From Microgenomates group bacterium GW2011_GWC1_46_15 (GTDB lineage: Bacteria; Patescibacteriota; Microgenomatia; UBA1400; UBA12028), in NCBI GenBank assembly GCA_001002285.1, contig LCLX01000003.1:2560-66559 (forward strand): DNA of 64,000 nt, given 5' to 3'. The notes under the pieces are model-generated. The model worked only from the letters and a program-made list of their open reading frames with translations, was not told the DNA's origin and ran no database searches. Both the position numbers and the translations under genes were made by a program. Position 1 is the first letter of the stretch. Each line of letters starts with the position of its first letter. This document shows, in pieces, positions 29,301 to 38,300 of this stretch.

Positions 29301-32300
29301 TACACGAGCGACACCGCGGGGTCTGCGGTTACGTCCGCAAAATTATTTGACGGCATGCTGGGCGTGGTCACGAACACTTCTACCTCCGGCTCCGGCTACG
29401 TCAAGTTCATCTTTAAACCACAAACGCAGGTTACGGCCGCGGCCAGTATTGACAAGGGCAGCAAGTACAACGAGTACAAGCTCTATGCCGACGACTACAC
29501 CGGTGTGGGCGAAGGCACCAGTCCCAACGACAACCTCAATACCAAAGGCATGTACTTTGACAATCTGCTGGACACCACCAAAACGGACAGCGCCAACACC
29601 ACGGTTTCTGCTCCCACGCAAGTGAGTGCCACCACCGGCAATCCCACCCCCGCCGCCCCATTCCGCGCCGGCCTCATCGGCGGCCAAACCATGTCCGCGG
29701 CTACCACCGACAACGCCGGGAACACGTATCTCGGAAGCTCCACCGTCAACAAGACCGTGTACTACGACCGCACGCGCGACTCCTCCGCCCAAGTCCAAGT
29801 CGAACTCGGCATCGATCCCAACTGGTACAACGGCGTCACCCTGGCCGTCGCCACCACCAGCGCGTCATTCTCACAAAACTCCACGATCTGGACACCCAAC
29901 CCCAACCTCTCTAGCACCTACAACGGCTCGCTTCTCCAGGCGAGCGGAACGTACGCGAGCAACGCCAAAACTATCTACGTCACCATCAAGTCTCCCACCA
30001 CGTTTGATTGGACAAACTATAACGGAAATTCAGCTACGGGAGTAACCGTCACCCCAGGGACTAGTCAGTCCCTGGCTGGAACGGGCGTCTCGGTCAAATT
30101 TACGGATGCCAAATACAACACCGGAGATGTCTTCAAAATCGCCTCCTGGTTCGTGGAACCCTCCGGCTCAACCAGAGGCACCAAACAGCAGTTCCCCGAA
30201 CGAGCGATCATCGTAGCCAGCAATACAAATGTTGACATTATCGATGCAGACACGCAGAAACTTTGGATGGATTTTAGTAGCGGCGGGACATGGCTGACGT
30301 CAAATAATTTACTCGCCGCATCTGGCTCTAACGTCGTTTCATCTGTTTCTGTGTTGAACGGAAAAATGCATGCAGGATTAAACGCGAATAACCAGAGATT
30401 GGTAAAAATCGATTTTTCCACTGATAGCGGTGGATCATATCAGACTACAGGATGGCGTGATTACCTGGGAAATATAGCCGAGCGTAACGGTGGAATGGGA
30501 GTAAGCGGATTAAATGGAACTGTTAGTATAGTAAATAACAACGTCAACGACGTAGCGGCCAACGTCATCCCCAACGCTCCCACCCAAACCACGACCGTCA
30601 GCGGCTGGGGATATTTTAGCTTGAGTTCTGCCAGCGAAACCGTCAATCTGCCCTATAAATTCAACACTAATCCGAACATCGTCATCACCTCCGCCGGTCA
30701 CTCCGGCACCACCACGCCGGTCAATCTGGCCAGCTGTACCACCGCCAGCGCCAAAACTGTCGTCACCGATAACACCACGACAACCAGTTTTACCGCCCGC
30801 GAAAGCGCTTTGGACGCGACCAACTATCAGTGCTATTCCTGGACCGCCACCGGCCAGGTCAGCCCGAGACAATTTGTCGGTGCCGCCACCGACGCAGGAG
30901 TGACCGTCGTCAACGAAACCGACGCCACGGCCTACTCCTATTCCGATGCCACCAATGACGCCTATCAAAATGTAGCCCTTACGTCCAAAGGTACGCTCTA
31001 CGGCCTGAACTCGACGGAAAATCAGCTGGAAAAATGGACTTCCATACCCGCCGATACTGCCGCCAGAACGAATGGCACGCCGGACAACGTCTGGGCAAAT
31101 GCCGGCAACGACTCCTTCACCAAGCTTCTCATCCACGCGGATGGCACAAACGGCGCAACCACGTTTACTGACAGTTCGCCGAATGCCCGCACGCTGACAA
31201 CAAACGCAAACGCACAAATATCTACTGCTCAAAAGAAATTCGGTCCCTCTTCCATACTTTTAGACGGCACCGGCGATTACGTATCCGCCGCCGACAGCGA
31301 AGACTGGAATATTGGCAATGGAGATTTCACTATTGATCTTTGGGTTAACTTTTCAGTTTTACAAAATACTATGTTCGTCGAACAAACAACGGACGTAAAT
31401 AACTATCTTCAGCTTTACTGGACTACGTCAAATATCATCTACATGGCCATAAGAAATGCAGGAGCAGACAACATTAGCTTCAACGGAAGCTGGACACCGT
31501 CAACAGGCACATGGTACCACGTTGCGTTTGTCCGATATGGTACTCGGGCGAACATCTACATTAATGGGATATCCGTCGCCACCAAAACCAACATTAGTGC
31601 CGGAGCGGCAAACTACACCTCTGCGTTGGCCGTCGGCTGCTCTCCGTTCAACGGTTGTGGATATGATCTTAATGGCTACATGGATGAATTCCGTTTTACC
31701 AAAGGGCATGCCCGCTGGACCGATAACTTTACCGTCCCCACGAACCCGTACGCGAAAAATGTTGCGATTGCCCCGCTCCCGCCAACCATCCAATCTTCTC
31801 CCAGCAATCTTTCTGTAACCGAAGGAACCTCTGCTGTAGACGGAACCAGCGATACGCTGTACATCGGAACCAATCAGGGGGTCGCTGTCATTCAGGATAA
31901 ATCCACCGTCAGCAGCCGCAACGATAACGGCGACGAACAAAGCGGCTCCGCCAAATACTACACCAAAGACTATGTTTCTGAAGAACTTATGGGTAACGTC
32001 GTCGGCATGTGGCCGCTCACTTCCGGTTACGGGTCGGGGCTGTCCGACGCATCATCAAATCAAAGCGGAAGCGCGTTATTGAACGGGACCACCGCACCTA
32101 CGTACACTGCCTCCGGCGTCCGCGGACAGGCTGCCACGCTGGGCGCCTCTGCCGCAACGGCAACAACGAGCGCAGGACTCGTAAACCAAAACATCAACAC
32201 CATCAAAACCGTTTCCGCCTGGATTTACCCCACCACGCTCACCACTACCAACGGCACGCGGGAGATGGCGGTCTCCGCCGACGCCAACTCCGCCTCGGTT

Positions 32301-35300
32301 GTTTCCTGGGGCATCGGCACCAAAGGCGACGGCACCAACGCCAACCTCACCTGCTTCGCTGGCAACACCGGCCCGACCGCGACAGACTTGGGCACCGGCA
32401 TCCCGGCCGTGGTCAACACCTGGTATCACGTCGTTTTGACCTCCGATGGGTCAAGCGCGCTCAAGTGTTTTGTCAATGGGACACTTTATAACTCAACGAC
32501 TCTTTCCGGCACAGCCCAGACCCCCACCCGTTTCCAAATCGGCGCCACCCAGGCCACGACGGCGTTTAATGCGCTACGGGGCCGCGTGGACGAGGTGATG
32601 GTCACCGCGACACAACTTTCCGCTTCCCAAGTTAAGCGTATCTACGAGGTCGGCTACCGGGCGCTCCAGTCCCACGCGACCACCCTCGGCGGCGGAGGCG
32701 CGGATGCCAACCAGCAGTTGGGCTACATTTCGACAGGTACTAATACAGTTGGCGCGGTTGCTCCGGATTACAATAACCAGTTCATGTACGTGGGCCTCAA
32801 CTCGACGACGCTGGGCGGGCTGTCTAAGATTGACTTAAATAGTGATACGAATATCAAAACATACAATTCTTCTGCCAACGTCCCCACCGGCGGGCCGCTC
32901 CTTATTGACGAGGACACCACGTCCCTGGCCGTCGGTTATACGTTGGAAGCGGTCGGCTCGGCGGCCTCCGGCGTCAAGACCATGGGGGTGGACAATAACG
33001 CCACGGCCACGTCCGGCAACTTCATCAGCAAAACCTACACCACCAGCGAGTCCTTCAGCCAGGCCTATATCTGGTCGCAATATGTGACGGACTCCTCCGA
33101 TGCGTCCAATACGGTCACCGTGTGGGCTTCCAACGACGCTGGATCAAACTATTACCAATGCAGTAACACCAATACCAACACTGGCCAGTCGCCCACCGAG
33201 TACGAGTACTTCTGCCAATTCAATACGCCCGGCTCGTCGCTCAAACTCAAGTACGTGTTCGCCCGCGGCTCCACCAAAACCAACACCTACCTCACCCGCT
33301 ACGGCGTGGCCTGGATCGGCAGCGACGTCGTGGGCGGCGCCCCCGGCGGGAATGGCCTGTACACGAACAATGGAACCGCGGTCGCCAACGGCAGTTACCT
33401 GGAAGTCGCGCATAACCAAAACACAAGTGATCTTTTGACCGAAGGCTGGATTTACGACGGAGCCAAGTGGATCGAGATAGATGACCAAGCCAAGACCGAC
33501 CACAACACCCAGGATCCTACTCTCCTCTCCTGGTACAAGATGGAGGAAGCCTCCGGGGACTTGGACAACGCCCAAGGCACGGCTGCCCGGGACTTGATTG
33601 ACTTGAACGGCCCCACCTACCAGGCCGCCGGCCGCGTCAACAAAGCCATTACCCTGGACGGCACCAACGACTACTTCTGCACCGGCTCGGGCACCACCTG
33701 CGCCTCACCGTCAAACTTTACTACAGACACGAATCGTACGCTCAATACCAATCTTATTTCGTACTGGAAACTTGATGAAACTTCCGGCAGTCGCACGGAT
33801 TCGGTCGGAAGTAATACGCTCACTGACAACAACACCGTCACCAGCAATCCCGGAAAAGTCGGCAACGCCGGGCAGTTCATCGCAGCCAACACTGAGTATT
33901 TGAGCATCACAGACAATGCGGCTTTGAGTACGGGGGATATTGATTTCACTTTTTCAGCATGGGTGTATATGGATTCGCTTTCTACAGACACGCAAGTTCT
34001 TGGCAAGTGGTCTGCATCAGCAGGACAGTACGAGTATCTTTTGGAGCGCGGCAGTGCAAACAAATTCCGGTTTTATGTAAGCAGTGATGGCTCTACCTAT
34101 ACTTCCGTTCAAGCTGCTACATTTGGCGCAATGTCAGCAAATACGTGGTATTTTGTGGTTGCCTATCATGATAGCGTCAACAATACCATCGGCATTAGTG
34201 TCAATAATGGCGCATTTGATACCGTTGCCCACACAACAGGCGTAAGAGATGGTACGGCACAGTTTGACATTGGTGCGTTGGCTGCGGGTTCATTTCCATT
34301 CAACGGTCGCATTGACGAAGTTGGTTTTTGGAAAAAAGTGCTTTCCACCCAAGAAATAACTGATCTATATAACTCCGGCAACGGGAATAGATTCCAAGGC
34401 ATGAACTTTATCGCTTCCGACTCCTTCACCCTGGGCGGCTGGTTCAAGCACGCCACCATCGCCACCAATCCGGATTACATGGTGGCAAAGACGGATGGTG
34501 GAACAGCAGATGACACAAATACAAAACTTCTTCTCCACGCAGATGGTGCAGATACCAGTACTACTTTTACCGATGATTCCTCGTCCCCTCACACCATGAC
34601 CGCCGTCGGCAACGCCCAAATAGATACCGCCCAAAGCAAATTCGGCGGAGCGAGTGGATTATTTGATGGAACCGGAGACTATGTTACAAGCCCAGATCAT
34701 GCGGATTGGGATTTTGCGTCAGGGGATTTTACGATTGATTTCCGGATAAGGTTTAACGTTGTTAATACGGCATATCTTGTTACCCATGGGGCAAGTATGG
34801 CGGGAGGGGATGGGTGGTTTGTTAGATATAACGCGAATAATCTTGAGTTTGCGTATAACAGCACAACGATAACAAAGGCTTGGACGCCTTCAAGCGCTAC
34901 GTGGTACCACGTTGCTGTTGTACGAAGCGGAACAAATTTGTATATGTTCATTGACGGTACGCAAATTGGAACAACAGGATCAATTTCAGGTACTATTACA
35001 GATAATGCAAATCTCTTAGTAGTTGGCGAGCGAGATTCGGGTCCCGGTGCTCCCTTAAATGGCTGGTTAGATGAAGTTCGTATTAGTAAGGGGAGCGCCC
35101 GTTGGACAGCAAACTTCACTTCGCCAACATTATCCTATGGAACCAGTGGCCCCGGCTACAAACTCCTCATGGAATCCGATGGTGATCTGACATTTGGCAT
35201 TGACGATGACAGCATAAGCTTCCCCGAAGACTCTGCCACCTCGACCGTGGCCACGTATGACGACAATGCCTGGCACCATGTGGCCGCGGTCAAGAATGGG

Positions 35301-38300
35301 ACAACTAATATCAAGCTGTATGTGGACGGTGAGGAGGTAGCCAGTGATACGAGTATTTCTGCCACCGAGACGCTGGCTAATGCCGGAGCTTTCTATTTAG
35401 GTATCGACGGTGACGCCACCAGCAACCCCTGGGCCGGGCAACTGGATGAGACGTTTGTCTATAGTCGGGCGTTGACTGCCGGAGAGATCGGGGAACTGTA
35501 CCGGAGCAGCAAACGCTTTGCCATCGAGCAAGCCGATGCCAATACGGTCCGGCTCTACAACTACTCCGGCGCGGCGCAGAATTTGCGACTGGACGTCATC
35601 ACCGGCGGACTGGGCCGGAACGCCGGCACGGTGTCGCTCCACCCGGATGCCGCAGACGTGGATGCGCAAGCCAACGGCAATGCCATTTGGGTGAACAAGA
35701 CCGGCGACTGGGGCAATCTCATCAAGCTCCAGGGCGACGGATTGGACAAGTTCGGGGTGGACTGGCAAGGCCACGCTACGGTAGCCGGAACACTTACGAT
35801 CGGGTCTTCATCCTTAAAGCTCTCGGATTTCGGAAGCTATTCTACTATTCAATCTGCCGGAAACCTTGCGCTCCAGGCATCCTCGGGCAATGTGGGCATC
35901 GGCACATTAACTCCCAGTAAAAACTTGGATGTGGCCGGCGCCATCGCGTTCCGCAACAAATTCAACTACCAACAGACCATTACCCTCACCAACGGCGGCG
36001 GTACGCTTACAAATTACGATGTTCTGGTTCAGGTGGATACAGCCTCCCTCATTTCCGCCGGTAAAATGCAGTCGGACTGCGATGACATCCGCTTCAGCGA
36101 CAGCGACTCGCAAACGCCGCTCACCTACTGGATCGAGCAGGGCTGTAACACCGCTGATACACAGATTTGGGCCCGCGTCCCTTCGATTCCCAACGGCTCT
36201 AAAGACATCTATATGGTCTACGGAAATAGCAGTGTATCTTCTGCCAGCCAATCCTGGAGTGGAAATTTTATCTCCATGTTCAACGCCTCTGTCCCAGCCG
36301 GTTGGACGCAAGTTTCCGCCCTGGACAATAAATTCCCCCGCGGCAACACTAGCTATGGCGGTACGGAAGGGGCGGATACTCATACGGTCGCCATCAGCGG
36401 CACAAGTTCCCAATCCGGTGGAAAGGTAACTTGGAACAGTTGTGCAAATTCCGTTGCCTACCAATATCACACTCATACATACAGTGCCACCAGTGGTTCT
36501 GCCAACAATATTCCTCCTTATGTTAATATCGTCTTCGGCAGCAAAAATGCACCGGGACTGATTCCCACCAGCGGTATCGTTTTCTACAACAGCTCGCTGG
36601 TGTCCGGCTGGAGCAACGTCACTGTCCTAAATACCAATTTCACCCGGGGTAGTACTACGTATGGAGGTACTGGTGGCACCTCTGCTGCTCACAACCACAC
36701 CATACCCGCCATGACCACGAGTGGACCCAGTGCTACTGTTTCTACCTGCCAGTACGACATCGGAGCTACCAGTGGCGGTCAAACCCACTCAACCAGTTCC
36801 ACTACCACAGCCAACAATGCTGATACATCCCTACCTCCATACGAAGACTTTATTCCAGCTACCCCCGACCAAGCACGTGCGTATGAACAGGGCGCACTCG
36901 TCGCTTTTGATGCTACTCCTCCGTTGGGTTGGACCAGAAAAAGCAGCTTAGACAGTGGCTTCCCCCGCGGAAACAGTACCGCCGGTGGTACCGGCGGCGG
37001 CGCGACCCACACTCATACATATTCTATTGTCACTAGCGCAGCTACTAATGATACCTCGGGTGAAAATGCTGTTGGCACCGGCACCTCCAACGATGGCCAC
37101 GCCCACACGCTCAGCGGTTCACCATCCGGCACTAATGTCCCCGCCTACATGGATGTCCTTTACTACACCAAAAACACCATGTCTGTTACTATCGGCTATA
37201 GCAGCGAACAGGTCGGTTCCAGCAGCCCCATCCAAATTCTCTATGACGATACCACGACCAATCTGGGCGTGGGTCAGATTACACCTCTCTGGAAGCTCCA
37301 CGTAACCGATACCCAAGCTGCGACTGCTTCTGCGATGATTGAAAACCTTTCTGGTGTAGGATCCAACAACCCCACCGCCCTGGTCCTGCGTCTGGGAAGC
37401 GACGCCACCAACCCTGATACCGGCGACCGGTTTATCAACTTCATGAGGGGCGACTCGACGATCATCGGCAAAATTCAAGGCAATGGGTCAGGAGGAATCT
37501 CATATACTACCGCAGGCGTGGACTTTGCCGAGTATTTCCGCAAAGAAGATCCCCATGAGGAGCTTCTTCCTGGTGACGTGCTCTGCCAGGGGCCTAGCGG
37601 CGGGGTGACCAGGTGTACTGCTTCCGCTACCGGACCTATGGGCGTTATCTCAAATAAAGCAGGTTTTGTGGGCGGATCAGACCATGAAGGTGATCCCGGC
37701 TACGTCATTGTCGGATTGATCGGACAGCTTCCGGTCAAAATTGACCCGGCCTCCTCAGCAATTGCCGTGGGCGACTTCCTCACTTCTTCAACGAAACCCG
37801 GCCTGGCCATGAAAGCCACCCGCGCGGGGTACGTCGTCGCCAAAGCGCTGGAGGCATGGCAACAGTGTCCTGGAGCGACCGCAGGGAGCGATATCTCACA
37901 AAATTCAGGGGATTCTATCGGCCCTTCGGGCCTCCAGAATGACACTTGTGATAAACCCACGATTGAGGCCTTTGTCCATCTGGGCTACTTTGCCGGCGAG
38001 CTAACCGCGGATGGGTTTTTGAATCCAGACTATGTCGCGCAAGGTGCCGTATCAGTTTCTGCACAACAAGTGCTTGCCGATGCTATCGCCTCTCCAAGCG
38101 GATCGATCGCAGACATCGGCCAAACCGCAAAAGACCAGTTCGGGGGCTTGAGCTCTGCAAACCTTGATCTCTTCAAAGCACTGTGGGCAAACGTCCAACT
38201 CCTCACATCCAAACTTATCAAGACAGAAAAACTTGAGTCCCCGCTTGCCGAGATTCAACACCTTGACGCAAACATCATTCATACCGCAACGCTTTCTGCT